Part shown: positions 49,748 to 60,281 of the stretch, one piece after another
How positions within the stretch are numbered: the stretch's first letter is position 1
How the letters are laid out: each line of letters begins with the position of its first letter
NCBI GenBank assembly: GCA_963715865.1
Contig: OY970280.1
Location: forward strand, 608,001-672,000
DNA length: 64,000 nucleotides
Direction of reading: 5' to 3'
Source: Candidatus Bathyarchaeota archaeon
GTDB lineage: Archaea; Thermoproteota; Bathyarchaeia; Bathyarchaeales; Bathycorpusculaceae
Position numbers and translations under genes: made by a program
The notes under the pieces: generated by a model
The model's database searches: none
What the model was told of the DNA's origin: nothing
The model's input: the letters and a program-made list of their open reading frames with translations, nothing else

Positions 49748-50938
49748 TTGGGTGGTCATGTGAAAGTAGCTTTGATTAGCGAGGAGGGAGGAGGCCTCTC
49801 AACAGTTTCCAAGGGTATCGGCAAAGGTCTCTCGGAAAAAAAAATCTATACCACAATATTCACTGGCGCTATCAAATCTGCTCCTCGAACTGAAAGACTT
49901 AATGAGTATTTTGAAATCGTGTATCTGCCTAATCTTGATTTCCCTCCGAGACCCATTTGGTTTCAGGCTCAAAACATAGCAAGGCTATTGAGAACATTAG
50001 ATCACTCAATAATCCATGGGGTGAGCCCAAATGCCTCGCTTGGTTTGGCTCTCTTTAAGAAACAACTCGCAAGTCCATATGTCGCAACGATTCAGGATCC
50101 CATCAGAACACGTCAAAGAGAATTTGTTAATCAACCTTTCAATTCATGGAATTTGCAGGAATTTGGGTACTTCATCTTGGAGTACCCCCTAAACTATTAT
50201 ACTATCGAAAAAGCCCTGCACTGTTCTGACCATACAACTTTCTGTAGCTACGCAGTTTTGAGAGACATAAACGCCTGCATGAACATAGATCACAGCAAAA
50301 CTTCGGTGATCTACAATGGCGTGGATTTTGAGGAAATTGAAAATGTTAAGGTTGTGCAATCTGAGAACGGAAGTGATATCTCGATAGTCTATGCCGGACG
50401 ATTGTACTCATCGAAAGGAGCGATGTTTCTGCTGGAAGCATTTGACAGAATAAAGAATGATGTTAAGAATATTCGTCTTCAGATTTTTGGAAAAGGACCA
50501 TTAGAGTCAAATATTGACAGTTTTATTTCAAATTCCGGTCTAACGAATAGGGTAAGTCGCGTGGGTTGCGTTTCACATGAGAGGTTAATTTCTGAAATCA
50601 AGAAGTCGGATATCGTTGTCTTTCCAAGTTTGAGCGAGGCCCAGTCAATGTTTATGCTTGAAGCGTGTGCGTGCAAAAAACCACTGATTGCTTTTGATTT
50701 ACCATTTGCACGCGAAGTTATCTCGAACCTGAAAACTGGTCTATTAACTAAACCTGGCGATATATTGGACCTTTCCGAAGGGATCAAAATGCTTGTCCAC
50801 GATGAAAAACTGCGCCGTAGACTCGGAGAGGCCGCTTATCAACATGTTAAGAAAAACCACAATTGGGACAAACTGGTCGAACTGTATCTAGAAGTTTACG
50901 AAAAAGCGAGCGCTCGTGCCCTACATTGCGCACCTTGA
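49748..50938 (+). CDS. GT4 glycosyltransferase
   Basis: IYNGVD; YAGRL; FPSLSEAQ....LEA.AC.KP. Confidence 0.88.
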   Translation: MGGHVKVALISEEGGGLSTVSKGIGKGLSEKKIYTTIFTGAIKSAPRTERLNEYFEIVYLPNLDFPPRPIWFQAQNIARLLRTLDHSIIHGVSPNASLGLALFKKQLASPYVATIQDPIRTRQREFVNQPFNSWNLQEFGYFILEYPLNYYTIEKALHCSDHTTFCSYAVLRDINACMNIDHSKTSVIYNGVDFEEIENVKVVQSENGSDISIVYAGRLYSSKGAMFLLEAFDRIKNDVKNIRLQIFGKGPLESNIDSFISNSGLTNRVSRVGCVSHERLISEIKKSDIVVFPSLSEAQSMFMLEACACKKPLIAFDLPFAREVISNLKTGLLTKPGDILDLSEGIKMLVHDEKLRRRLGEAAYQHVKKNHNWDKLVELYLEVYEKASARALHCAP

Positions 50939-50963
50939 TGTAGCCGTTAGTTAAGGTTTAAAT

Positions 50964-51307
50964 ATGAAATCGACTGGAAAAAAGATTGTGTGGGCAAGTC
51001 CACTCATTTTAGATTCTCACCTTCACAAGACGACACAACTAGAAATCTTGAAAAACCTATCCAAAAGGGGACACAATGTTCTTTTAATTGGGATGAGATC
51101 AAAAGGCACTTTCAAAATCCGCGACAATTGTTTCAATTCCCAAAAATGCTTCTGTTTCCGATAAGATACTTCCCGATTATCACCCCTGAAATGTACGCGT
51201 TCGTACTGTCGTTTTTTCTTCAGTTATATATTGCTCGTTTCGATCCTGATTTCATTATCATTGCAGCCTATTTTTTTGGTCGTGACAAAACCACTAGTTG
51301 GACGTGA
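50964..51307 (+). pseudogene. Decayed GT4 N-terminal fragment
   Basis: HKT..LEILK.LSKRGH.V then frameshift and early stop. Confidence 0.5.
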
Positions 51308-51401
51308 CACTTTGATTGCATCTAGCACCCAGGAGTATATTCTACCTACATCGTAGCGCGAGCACATGCAAAGAACTATAAAGATTTGCTTATGCTGAAT
51401 T

Positions 51402-52325
51402 GTGAGAGTTGCCAAAATGGGTAACATGTTGATTACAGGGGGTGCGGGGTTTATCGGAAGCCATTTGGCAACGCGCCTGCTAACCGAGGGTCACAACATA
51501 ATTGTTGTCGATAATCTATCCCGTGGAAACCTGCGAAATTTGCCTAATGTCTCCGATAAACTGCGATTTGTCAAAGGAAGTATTACTGATTATGATCTAA
51601 TCGATAAGTTGGTCAAAGACATAGAGGTTGTTTTTCACCTAGCTTCATTATCGAGGGTCATGCCCAGCATCGAAAATCCTGAGAAATGTTTTAAAGAAAA
51701 CGTATATGGTGTCGAGATTATTGCAAGGTTATGCTCAAAATACAATAAGAAACTTGTTTTTTCCTCTTCACGAGAAGTCTATGGGACTGCCACCTACATC
51801 CCTGTTGATGAAAGTCATCCATTAAATCCTGAAAATCCATATGGGGCTTCAAAAATTTGCGGAGAAAAAATCATAGTCGCTTATTCGAGATGCTACGGCT
51901 TAAACTACGCAATTTTAAGGTTAGCAAATGTCTACGGTCAAAAAGACTTTGAAAGAGTAATACCTACTTTTATAGAAAAAACCTTGAGAAATGAACCGTT
52001 GATTATTTATGGTGGAAAGCAGATTATAGATTTTGTTCACGTGTCTGATATCGTGGATGTACTTCTAAAAGCTTCAAATTATGATAAAAACGTCATTGCC
52101 AATGCAGGCAGCGGAAAAGGCACGACTATAATAGATTTAGCAAAACTAATCCAAGAAATTAGTCATGGCACAAACAAAATTATCATGTGCGAAAAAAGGC
52201 AGGGCGAAGTTGAAAGTTTTGTCGCGAAAATTGACTGCGCCAAAAAACTGTTGAAATGGGAACCAAAAACAGGGCTCAAAGAAGGAATAGCATCCCTATT
52301 GGCAAGCGCGCTGAACTATCCTTGA
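51402..52325 (+). CDS. NAD-dependent sugar epimerase/dehydratase
   Basis: TGGAGFIGSHL; SSSREVYG; YGASK; LRLANVYG. Confidence 0.92.
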   Translation: MRVAKMGNMLITGGAGFIGSHLATRLLTEGHNIIVVDNLSRGNLRNLPNVSDKLRFVKGSITDYDLIDKLVKDIEVVFHLASLSRVMPSIENPEKCFKENVYGVEIIARLCSKYNKKLVFSSSREVYGTATYIPVDESHPLNPENPYGASKICGEKIIVAYSRCYGLNYAILRLANVYGQKDFERVIPTFIEKTLRNEPLIIYGGKQIIDFVHVSDIVDVLLKASNYDKNVIANAGSGKGTTIIDLAKLIQEISHGTNKIIMCEKRQGEVESFVAKIDCAKKLLKWEPKTGLKEGIASLLASALNYP

Positions 52326-52448
52326 AAGGTATAACTTCAAAATCTTGGTTAAGAAGATGATTAACTTAGTGTGTGAAGATAATATTCGATAGACAAAGGT
52401 TTCTGTTCGATTATCAACAATTTTGACTTTAGGTTGGAGGTCTAAGAA

Positions 52449-53546
52449 ATAAGGGTCTCAATAGTCTCGGGTACTGAAGTCTTTACAACCGGCGCTGGAA
52501 CAAGCTATACTGTGCTAAAAATAGCCAGATACTTAAAGACCAAGGGTCTAAACACATCCGTGTTGTCAATTTCGGAAAAAGAAACGGGGTATTCCATTGA
52601 TGGTATTGAATTTGTATTTTTCAGAAAAGGCAGGTTGCCAAACTTCTCATGCTCTCTTCTACGATACCTATTGACAAGTAACTCTGATAGATTTGTTTTT
52701 GTTGGGTCTACCTCTGTTGCTATGTTGCTACCATGGCTTAGGTTCAAGAAAATGATATTGATTCCTCAATGGCATCACTCTTATTTATTCAAGAACAAAT
52801 TTTCGTCGTTGTTATACCACATTTATCGGTTCCTTTTTGACTATTCTTTAACGTGTATTGCGCAGCCCGATGTTGTATGTTACACTGAGACGGAGTATTC
52901 TCACATTAGGAAGTTTGCCAAAAACGTAACAAGGGTGCCCCTTGGATTAGACTTTGATCGGTCTCTGTGGAAAGTCTACGACAAATTAGGGCCAGCCCAA
53001 AAGACCAATTGCCCCAATCTCCTTTTTGTAGGTCGTGTAGTAGATCACAAGTTTCCAATCTTCGTACTTGAAGTCATAAGACGTTGCATGAAGAAATTTG
53101 AAAATAGTTTTGTTTTCAATGTTGTAGGTCCGATTGATCAAGCTTATTTTTCGGAGCTTAGAAAAAGACTTGAAAACACATCTTTTGGCGATCGCATCAT
53201 TTTCACAGGTCAAATCAGTGAGGCAGAATTGGCGAGATACTATAGGGACGCCGATGTTTTCGTTTTTCCATCTTTTTCAGAATCTTTTGGTTATAGCATC
53301 GTTGAAGCATTGTATGCTGGATTACCCGTTGTTGCGACTAGGACTGGGATCGTACCATACTTGGAGAAACAAGGGCTAGTGTCGGGAGTCACTTATGGTG
53401 ATGCAGAAGATATGGCGAACAAAATACTTGATTCGGTTAGAAACTCGGACGTAATAAAAAGAAAACTTGTTGAGCGAAGAATGTTTTTGACGAAAGAATT
53501 TGACATGAACAACTTTCTCGAGTCCCTCTTCAATATCGTGAGTTAA
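52449..53546 (+). CDS. GT4 glycosyltransferase; ATA start proposed at 52449
   Basis: GGAGGT SD, then in-frame IRVSIVSGTEVFTTGAG after stop at 52443; FVGR; FPSFSESFG..IVEAL. Confidence 0.85.
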   Translation: MRVSIVSGTEVFTTGAGTSYTVLKIARYLKTKGLNTSVLSISEKETGYSIDGIEFVFFRKGRLPNFSCSLLRYLLTSNSDRFVFVGSTSVAMLLPWLRFKKMILIPQWHHSYLFKNKFSSLLYHIYRFLFDYSLTCIAQPDVVCYTETEYSHIRKFAKNVTRVPLGLDFDRSLWKVYDKLGPAQKTNCPNLLFVGRVVDHKFPIFVLEVIRRCMKKFENSFVFNVVGPIDQAYFSELRKRLENTSFGDRIIFTGQISEAELARYYRDADVFVFPSFSESFGYSIVEALYAGLPVVATRTGIVPYLEKQGLVSGVTYGDAEDMANKILDSVRNSDVIKRKLVERRMFLTKEFDMNNFLESLFNIVS

Positions 53547-53571
53547 AATAAATTTTCTGAGAGTTTTAGAT

Positions 53572-55278
53572 TTGTTCGAAAAACGGAGTATCGCCAATAT
53601 TGCAGTCTTAGGGGCAATTTGCTTCCTTTTGGCAATTTACCCTTTCTTCTTTAGGATGGACTTCGCTGCGGCAACAACGTTCGATGCAACCGATTTTCTG
53701 CACTTGATTTCCCCTGCTGCGATTGCTTATTTGTTGATTCTGTGTGCCCTTTTAGGTCTTTACATTTGGACACTATCCAATAAGAATACAACATTTCTGC
53801 TCTCCTTGGTCATTGTTCTAGTTTTTTTCGCGCTTTTCACAGTTTCGCAGTATCCAGCTCTCTCTGACGCTGACTACTTCCTTCATGGCAGACTTGCGGT
53901 AGAAATAATCAATACTGGGCACTTCCCATCAGCCTCGATACCAGGAAATTACTATATTGAGTGGCCAGGCGCCTTCACTATGCGTGCTGTATTCAGTTTG
54001 GTTTTGGGTTTACCTGAGATAGAATCAGTTCGTGTGTTATCATTTGTGTTTCAAATTCTAATTGCGCTATTCTTTTACGTGTTTGCCAAACAAAAACTTG
54101 GAAGGTTTCTTGCTGGTCTAGTTCCAGCAGTGTTCTTGTTATCCAATCTAGTTTATACGTTATCTCAAACAGACTTTTTTTGTCCTCAACTATTTTCACT
54201 TTCGCTCTTCTTGTTGATTCTTTATTGCTGCACTAAGACTGTATCTCGAGATATTGCCACTAAGATGCGAGTTGTAATAATCCTGCTTAGCTTTACAATA
54301 TTCATTTCGCATCCGACTACTTCTTTGTTCTTACTTTCGGCGATAGCTGGAATATGGCTATTGAATACATACATGTCGCGTCATGGAAAAAAAACGTTCT
54401 CACTGATAAATTTTCGCTTAGTATTTTTGCTATTTATTCTATTTTTGGCTTGGTCGATTTTCTCAGCCTGGGGAGAATTTAGCATAGGGATTTCACAAAT
54501 TGTCATACTTGTAAATCCGAGGGCAGTTGCGGAAGTGCAACCCCTCCAGTATGAGGGTATATTACTTAATAGTCTTAGTTATTACTGGAAAATACTTGAT
54601 CTGATAATTGTAATAGCCGCTTTCTATTTGGTTAGTCGCTTTTTCCGGGGAAGGGTGAAAGAAAGAGAAAATCTCGTAGCTCTTTCCGGAATTTTTTTAG
54701 GGATTGCCTTGGGCGGTTTTCTTTTTTCTTTTACAGGATTCTTTACTCTTACTCGAACGATAATGTTCATTTTGATTCCAGCAAGTTTTCTGGCCGTACT
54801 TTTTGCGAAAAGATATGTAGGACAAAAAGTCTTGGCGTTTATTCTGATCCTTCTCCTTATTCCATCCTTTTTGTCAATCTACAGTTTCGTAAGTGTAAAT
54901 CAATCCTTCCAACATACTTGGGAAATCAGTGCCTGCCAGTGGCTCGCCAGAGAGAACATAAATAGAAAGTTAGTATCAAGCGATTATTACACAATGATGA
55001 TCTACAGTTACTACGATCCTAATTCTTGGCCCGGCGGTATCGTTCCTAACGATCAAATAACTAATTATACTATTCCTGTAGCCTCCAATCCTTTTTTCAC
55101 AGGAGATTTTATGATCAGGTCTATCCGTCAGGACTTGTTCAAAACAAACATATTTCAGGAAGGAAACAATCAAGGTCTTGAGTACTGGACCCAGATAGAT
55201 TCATATGCGAATAACTGTTCAACATTAGATAAGATATTCGATAACAATTACGTGAAGGTTTATGCCAGAAATGGGTAG
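53572..55278 (+). CDS. Polytopic membrane protein, possible GT-C-fold transferase or polymerase
   Basis: More than 10 TM helices; external-loop DADYFLHG, YYIEWPG, PQLFS, SHPTT. Confidence 0.65.
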   Translation: MFEKRSIANIAVLGAICFLLAIYPFFFRMDFAAATTFDATDFLHLISPAAIAYLLILCALLGLYIWTLSNKNTTFLLSLVIVLVFFALFTVSQYPALSDADYFLHGRLAVEIINTGHFPSASIPGNYYIEWPGAFTMRAVFSLVLGLPEIESVRVLSFVFQILIALFFYVFAKQKLGRFLAGLVPAVFLLSNLVYTLSQTDFFCPQLFSLSLFLLILYCCTKTVSRDIATKMRVVIILLSFTIFISHPTTSLFLLSAIAGIWLLNTYMSRHGKKTFSLINFRLVFLLFILFLAWSIFSAWGEFSIGISQIVILVNPRAVAEVQPLQYEGILLNSLSYYWKILDLIIVIAAFYLVSRFFRGRVKERENLVALSGIFLGIALGGFLFSFTGFFTLTRTIMFILIPASFLAVLFAKRYVGQKVLAFILILLLIPSFLSIYSFVSVNQSFQHTWEISACQWLARENINRKLVSSDYYTMMIYSYYDPNSWPGGIVPNDQITNYTIPVASNPFFTGDFMIRSIRQDLFKTNIFQEGNNQGLEYWTQIDSYANNCSTLDKIFDNNYVKVYARNG

Positions 55279-55305
55279 TGCGCTTTTGAAAGTGTCAATT
55301 GAGTC

Positions 55306-56142
55306 TCAATTGTTGGCTTGCTCAAAGGTGTTAGCGGCAATAAATCTGTCAAATACTACCCAGTTTCCAGGTGGATTTCCAGCATCTTGGTATAGACCAA
55401 ACTCAGGCCATGCAGCGGGGGGCTCCCCCATAGCGGTTGTGTCATAGTGAATATCTGCTTTCAAAACCCCGTTCTGCCAGAGCATGACTGTCCCATTCAC
55501 TGATATGTTGATATAAATAACGTAATCAATCCATTGTCCTAGAGGGATGGGGTTTGGGTCCATCCATAACGCATCTGTAGGGGCTATCTCTGATTTCACA
55601 ATATACAAGTGGTCTTTTCCATCGGTTGAATTGCAGATCTGCAATTGGGCAATGTGAGGCCAATTCGCCACTTTAGATACGTACTGGTCCTCTTCAAATA
55701 TCTGCAACCAATTTGGTGCATCTAAGGTTGGTGAAAGAAAAACACTGAACCCATAATAGCATTCGTTTAAGTGCAAATTACCTAATTCAGACAAAACTAC
55801 TTTCGCCCTGTTGCTTGTGCCTGGGATGGCGCTTGGGTCTGTTTGAATGCACCGCATGGAGTAGTTGCCTTCGCGTACTATGTCGGTCACTATGGTGCAA
55901 TTAGAGATTGGTGGATCGTCAGCAATACCGCCGAGTTCTCCAACTTGACTAAAGTCCCCTGTCTCAAAATTTACGTCTGCGTAAATCAGTGGTGTGGGTG
56001 TTATTGGGTTGCTTATCATGCCACTGCTGCTTATGTTGACACTATAAGTAAGAATTGCGCTTCCATGGTTCATACTCATGAGCACAATCGAAACCAAAAC
56101 TGCTATGGCGAATGGTTTTTTGCTCAAGACTTTTTCCACCAC
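55306..56142 (-). CDS. Secreted polysaccharide-lyase-like (beta-jelly-roll) protein
   Basis: Signal/TM; FETGDF; YYGFSVFL; GQWID; G.V.LWQNG; FGLY. Confidence 0.6.
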   Translation of the reverse strand: MVEKVLSKKPFAIAVLVSIVLMSMNHGSAILTYSVNISSSGMISNPITPTPLIYADVNFETGDFSQVGELGGIADDPPISNCTIVTDIVREGNYSMRCIQTDPSAIPGTSNRAKVVLSELGNLHLNECYYGFSVFLSPTLDAPNWLQIFEEDQYVSKVANWPHIAQLQICNSTDGKDHLYIVKSEIAPTDALWMDPNPIPLGQWIDYVIYINISVNGTVMLWQNGVLKADIHYDTTAMGEPPAAWPEFGLYQDAGNPPGNWVVFDRFIAANTFEQANN

Positions 56143-56270
56143 TCCGTATTCTGCTTTCTTTTGTATGGCAAATTGACGGGACTATTGTATAGTAATACTC
56201 AATACTCGTTTATTAAAGTATTGTTCAATTTTCATCATCTTTAATTATTTAGAGAGTCAAGGAACTGAAC

Positions 56271-57050
56271 GTGATTACAATGCCCCCAAAGAAACCAATC
56301 AAAAATTTGTTTGGTAGAATGAAAGTCTTCTCCAACTGGTATAGTGTGGAGCTGATGCATTCTGGATTGCGAGAGCCAGCCACTTGCAGAGTGAACACTT
56401 GGAAGGGATTGAAAATTCACGTTAGAGACCAACACGAACTCTCTGTTCTGGACGAGGTTTTCATATCAAAAGTTTATGACCCAAACCGAAAAGTCCCTTC
56501 AAATGGTGTTATCGTAGATGTCGGAGCGCATATAGGTTCGTTTTCTCTTTATGCCGCTTCTGTTCGCAAAGCAAGAAGAGTATTCAGTTACGAACCTTGC
56601 CCAGATAACTTCACTCTCTTAAAGGAGAATATAGAGCGCAATGGTTTAGGCAAGGTCATAACCCCTATCGCCAAGGCCGTAGCTGCAACAAATGAAAATC
56701 GTACTCTTCATCTTTCTTCGAAAACCAGTGGGAGCCACTCCTTATTCGGTAAGGGCAGACCGATTCAAGTTCAATGTGTGACTCTGAAACAGATTTTGGA
56801 TGACAACAACATTGATCATGTTGATTTTCTCAAACTAGACTGCGAGGGAGCTGAGGTCGGAATTTTGCAAAATATTGATAAATTAACTTTGGATAGTGTC
56901 GATAGAATAGGTATGGAGTTTCATGATTACCCGAGGCAATGGTTTGTCTCACGACTGCTGGATTTAGGGTTTTCAGTGGTTGAGTCAAAGGAAGCATGGA
57001 GAAATGAACTCTATATTATTGCGGACAAGTCTGATGTATCTCGCAGATAA
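56271..57050 (+). CDS. FkbM-family methyltransferase
   Basis: VDVGAHIG.FSL; YEP.P.NF..L; LKLDCEGAE. Confidence 0.9.
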   Translation: MITMPPKKPIKNLFGRMKVFSNWYSVELMHSGLREPATCRVNTWKGLKIHVRDQHELSVLDEVFISKVYDPNRKVPSNGVIVDVGAHIGSFSLYAASVRKARRVFSYEPCPDNFTLLKENIERNGLGKVITPIAKAVAATNENRTLHLSSKTSGSHSLFGKGRPIQVQCVTLKQILDDNNIDHVDFLKLDCEGAEVGILQNIDKLTLDSVDRIGMEFHDYPRQWFVSRLLDLGFSVVESKEAWRNELYIIADKSDVSRR

Positions 57051-57144
57051 GATTTTTGCCACATTATGACAGAGCACTTCTTTCATTTCACCACGTCATA
57101 TTAAATCGGAATCCGATAGCGCGCCAGTCCGTTGTTAATCGAAT

Positions 57145-57348
57145 GTGAAGAAGAGAGATAATATTGAACCGGATGATAACATGCGTATGTTCGTCGGGTT
57201 AGATGTTCATAAAAAGTATACTGAATATTCCATTGTCGGAGATGGAGTCGTAACAGAACAAGAAAGAATAGAGAATGAGTACGCGCGTGCTAAACATCAA
57301 CCTTTTTCTCGTGTTTGTAGGAAAACTCCTATCTCACAAAACAAATAG
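57145..57348 (+). mobile_element. IS110-family transposase N-terminal fragment
   Basis: MFVGLDVHKK motif, truncated after ~35 aa of homology. Confidence 0.65.
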
Positions 57349-57498
57349 ATACTCAAATTCAAACAATGGTGCATATCCACAATGCAAAAATCGCGCAAAA
57401 TAAGCCTGACCCAGACCAGGACAGCATTGTACTCAATGCTGACCCAGTCGTCATCAAAATAATTAACATAATCACCGGCTCCTAAACAAATTAAATGG

Positions 57499-58155
57499 AT
57501 GACCATTAAAGTGACAAGAAACCTGAGTCAAGCCGCAAAAAACCAGGTCAAAGACCTCATCATCCAAACGGCAAAGCAGGAAAAACCCGAAACCGCAAAA
57601 CAACTAATCGCCCTAATGCAAGAACACCACGACATACCGCCCGAACAATCAACCGACCTGATTGGTGAACTGGAAAACGAAGATCGCCTACACTTCACAA
57701 GGCAGGGACCGTCAACACCCGCATCCGCACCCGCATCTGCAAAAGAATATGTTTTCTCAAAACAAGCCACATGGTACTGGACAACAATAGCCCTCGCCAT
57801 AGCCACAGCAATAGCCGTGTTCACCATTCCCGAAAACGCCGTCCCATTAGTTTACCTGCGCTCTGCGCTCGGCATCATTTTCGTCCTGTTCTTGCCCGGC
57901 TTCGCATTCATAAAAGCCATGTTTCCTACTAAAGTGCCACTCAAAACATCTTCAGAAAACACGGACACAACAGAACGGATGGCACTGAGCCTCGGAATGA
58001 GTCTGGTCCTTACTCCTATAGTGGGATTGATATTGAATTACACGCCCTGGGGCATTAGATTAACACCCATAGTCCTCAGCCTTCTCGCACTAACAGTCGT
58101 CTTCGCAACAGCGGCAATAATCCGAGAATACCAAACAAAACAGAATCCAACCTAA
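57499..58155 (+). CDS. DUF1616-domain membrane protein
   Basis: YLRS.LG..FVLFLPGF; ER.ALS.GMSL...P.VGL.LNYTPWGI. Confidence 0.8.
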   Translation: MTIKVTRNLSQAAKNQVKDLIIQTAKQEKPETAKQLIALMQEHHDIPPEQSTDLIGELENEDRLHFTRQGPSTPASAPASAKEYVFSKQATWYWTTIALAIATAIAVFTIPENAVPLVYLRSALGIIFVLFLPGFAFIKAMFPTKVPLKTSSENTDTTERMALSLGMSLVLTPIVGLILNYTPWGIRLTPIVLSLLALTVVFATAAIIREYQTKQNPT

Positions 58156-58232
58156 CCAACACGCTTGACCAAGGCTCAAAGAAAAGAAACAACGACGAAA
58201 CATGTTAAATCTCGATGAATTAATTCCTGAAG

Positions 58233-58544
58233 GTGGTGAGAAACAGAATGAGTAAAGACCAAACAATAGGCGCGCTAATCCTTGTGGTCTGCATCGTCGT
58301 CGCTGTCGGCTACGTCGTCGGACTTTTCCTCTACGGACCCCTCGTTAAACCCTGGCTTAATATCGGCGCCGCAAGCAACGTTCAATTTTGGCTGATCGCC
58401 ATACCCGTTTTCATAGGCTTCGTCGCCATACTCGCCATCGGCGCCTGGATCGGCTACACCATGGCCTCAACGCCGCCACCAAAACCCATAGAAGAAATCA
58501 CAATCGAAACCAAACAAGAAACAGAACAAAAATCCGAAAAATAA
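58233..58544 (+). CDS. Conserved two-TM archaeal membrane protein
   Basis: MSKDQ.IG.LI; WIGYTMASTPPPKPIEEI. Confidence 0.75.
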   Translation: MVRNRMSKDQTIGALILVVCIVVAVGYVVGLFLYGPLVKPWLNIGAASNVQFWLIAIPVFIGFVAILAIGAWIGYTMASTPPPKPIEEITIETKQETEQKSEK

Positions 58545-58886
58545 CATTCTTGTGAATGCTACGGCTGCAATGAAAGTATCGACAGCCATTCTGCCAGAAA
58601 CTTGTACTGGCAGCTGCTCGATACCTACACGAGAGCATAAAAATTTATTAGCTCAGCCCGTGCGTTTTTCTCTCCTACAAAAGCTGCCGGACATAGACAG
58701 AGAGAAACTTGAAAATGAGAAAAGAGAAGGAACTTCGTGATACATTGCTCACGTGTAATATTATCGTAGTGTAGTCTTATCGTGATAATGAGGCAATGGA
58801 TTAAATTTTAGTCCCCCTCCTCCTCCTCACTACGACGACGGTGACCTGCCTGAGTAACAGTGGCTTGAGAAGACGGCAGGGCATCA

Positions 58887-58972
58887 GTATATCCTTTTCA
58901 GGATAGGGATATACAGATTAGAGAATCAAAGGTAAAAATTACGCGTATATCCCTAAGGGTAAAAGGATATAC
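58887..58972. repeat. Two inverted 28-bp palindromic sites GTATATCC-N12-GGATATAC (58887-58914 and 58945-58972)
   Basis: Site 1 GTATATCCTTTT-CAGGA-TAGGGATATAC; reverse complement of site 2 GTATATCCTTTT-ACCCT-TAGGGATATAC. Confidence 0.85.
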
Positions 58973-59018
58973 TCGCAATTTGACTCCCGAAAAATCGAAC
59001 GTGTGCGCGCTAATCTAT

Positions 59019-59044
59019 TTTTTGATTCATATTTTTGATTCATA
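59019..59044 (+). repeat. Tandem 13-bp repeat TTTTTGATTCATA x2
   Basis: Exact duplication. Confidence 0.8.
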
Positions 59045-59202
59045 AGGCTTATTTTCTTTGAACCTCAAAAACTTAACGAAGACACGTAGAAACTGGAACG
59101 CGAAGGCATGTTTTACAAGCTCCCACCGAGAGAGAACTAAATGAAAAACCAAAAGAAACGCCAAAAGGAACGGCGAAAGCAAATTTTAGAAAGTTATTAA
59201 AA

Positions 59203-59325
59203 ATGAAAGCTAATGATAAATGTCCTTCTTGCAGTTCAACTGAGACCGAAACCGTCTATGAAGGCGAATTGGTATTAAGTGTTTGCAAAGTTTGCCGAGT
59301 AATGCGGTCAAAAAGCTGGTTTTGA
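59203..59325 (+). CDS. 40-aa zinc-ribbon microprotein
   Basis: MKANDKCPSC...VCKVCR. Confidence 0.4.
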   Translation: MKANDKCPSCSSTETETVYEGELVLSVCKVCRVMRSKSWF

Positions 59326-59591
59326 AAAATACCCCTACCCTAAAACAATGCGTGTGAATTAAAATTTAGTCCAACCAACCAACGGAAAACTACTCAGAAT
59401 GACCTTCTGAAAGGACTTCGCAGGACAGTATACTCGATTCAGGCCATATAGTCTATGAATGTACTCAGAAGAGACAGGGTAGTAATAGAAATCAAGTCAT
59501 TATAGGATATGGTATAGTCGGAATCGAGTATACTCTATTTAAACAAGAAAGCCCCACTTCCCCTTCTCTCAGCCAAGAGTCGGAGTTTCTC

Positions 59592-59798
59592 CTACTCCAA
59601 AGGCTCGACCTTGCGCTTGTGATAAAGCTTGCATTCTTTCACAACGGCGTTTCTGTATTGCGACGTATATGCTATGCCCATACTGGTCATCGAAATCAAC
59701 GGCAAAGCCGAATCATAACGCCTTTCTCTGTACTCGGGGCAGCCTTCGCACTGATCTGGAAAGTCTCTGAAGCAGGATTCATGCCTTTGCATTCCCAC
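59592..59798 (-). CDS. Small Cys-containing hypothetical protein
   Basis: C......QCEGC..., KECK. Confidence 0.35.
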   Translation of the reverse strand: MGMQRHESCFRDFPDQCEGCPEYRERRYDSALPLISMTSMGIAYTSQYRNAVVKECKLYHKRKVEPLE

Positions 59799-60281
59799 TC
59801 CCCTAATAAACTATTTGACGACCCAAATATTTAAGCCAATCTAAATCCCGCCATACAGTATTGCTCTATCAAGGCATCGGTGCCGTTTTTGTATAACAAC
59901 TAACTAAGAAATTTTCCACCCTTTCAAGGCAAAGAGCGAAATCCAAAATGAAAGTCCGCGAAGAATTGGGTGCCCGCTTTAACATCATAAAAGCATACTC
60001 AAAGTCAAAACTTTGCAATTATGTCGCTCCATCTCCACCAAATTGGGCTTGCAGACAAAACTAGTCTTACGTTAATTCAGGTTCTGTTAAGTTGGTGTGG
60101 GATTTTTCTCGGTGTTAAGTTTCGTGGGATACGGATTTTTGCGAGAATGCCACTGTTAACTTTCGTGGGATAACTAAGTTTAGTAGCCAAAAGCGTAAAT
60201 TCACAATATATGATTCTATGCAAAGTTTTATGAAGGAAAAGAGAAGATTAATTTCTTGGTGTAGTAAATTGATAAGTTGTC

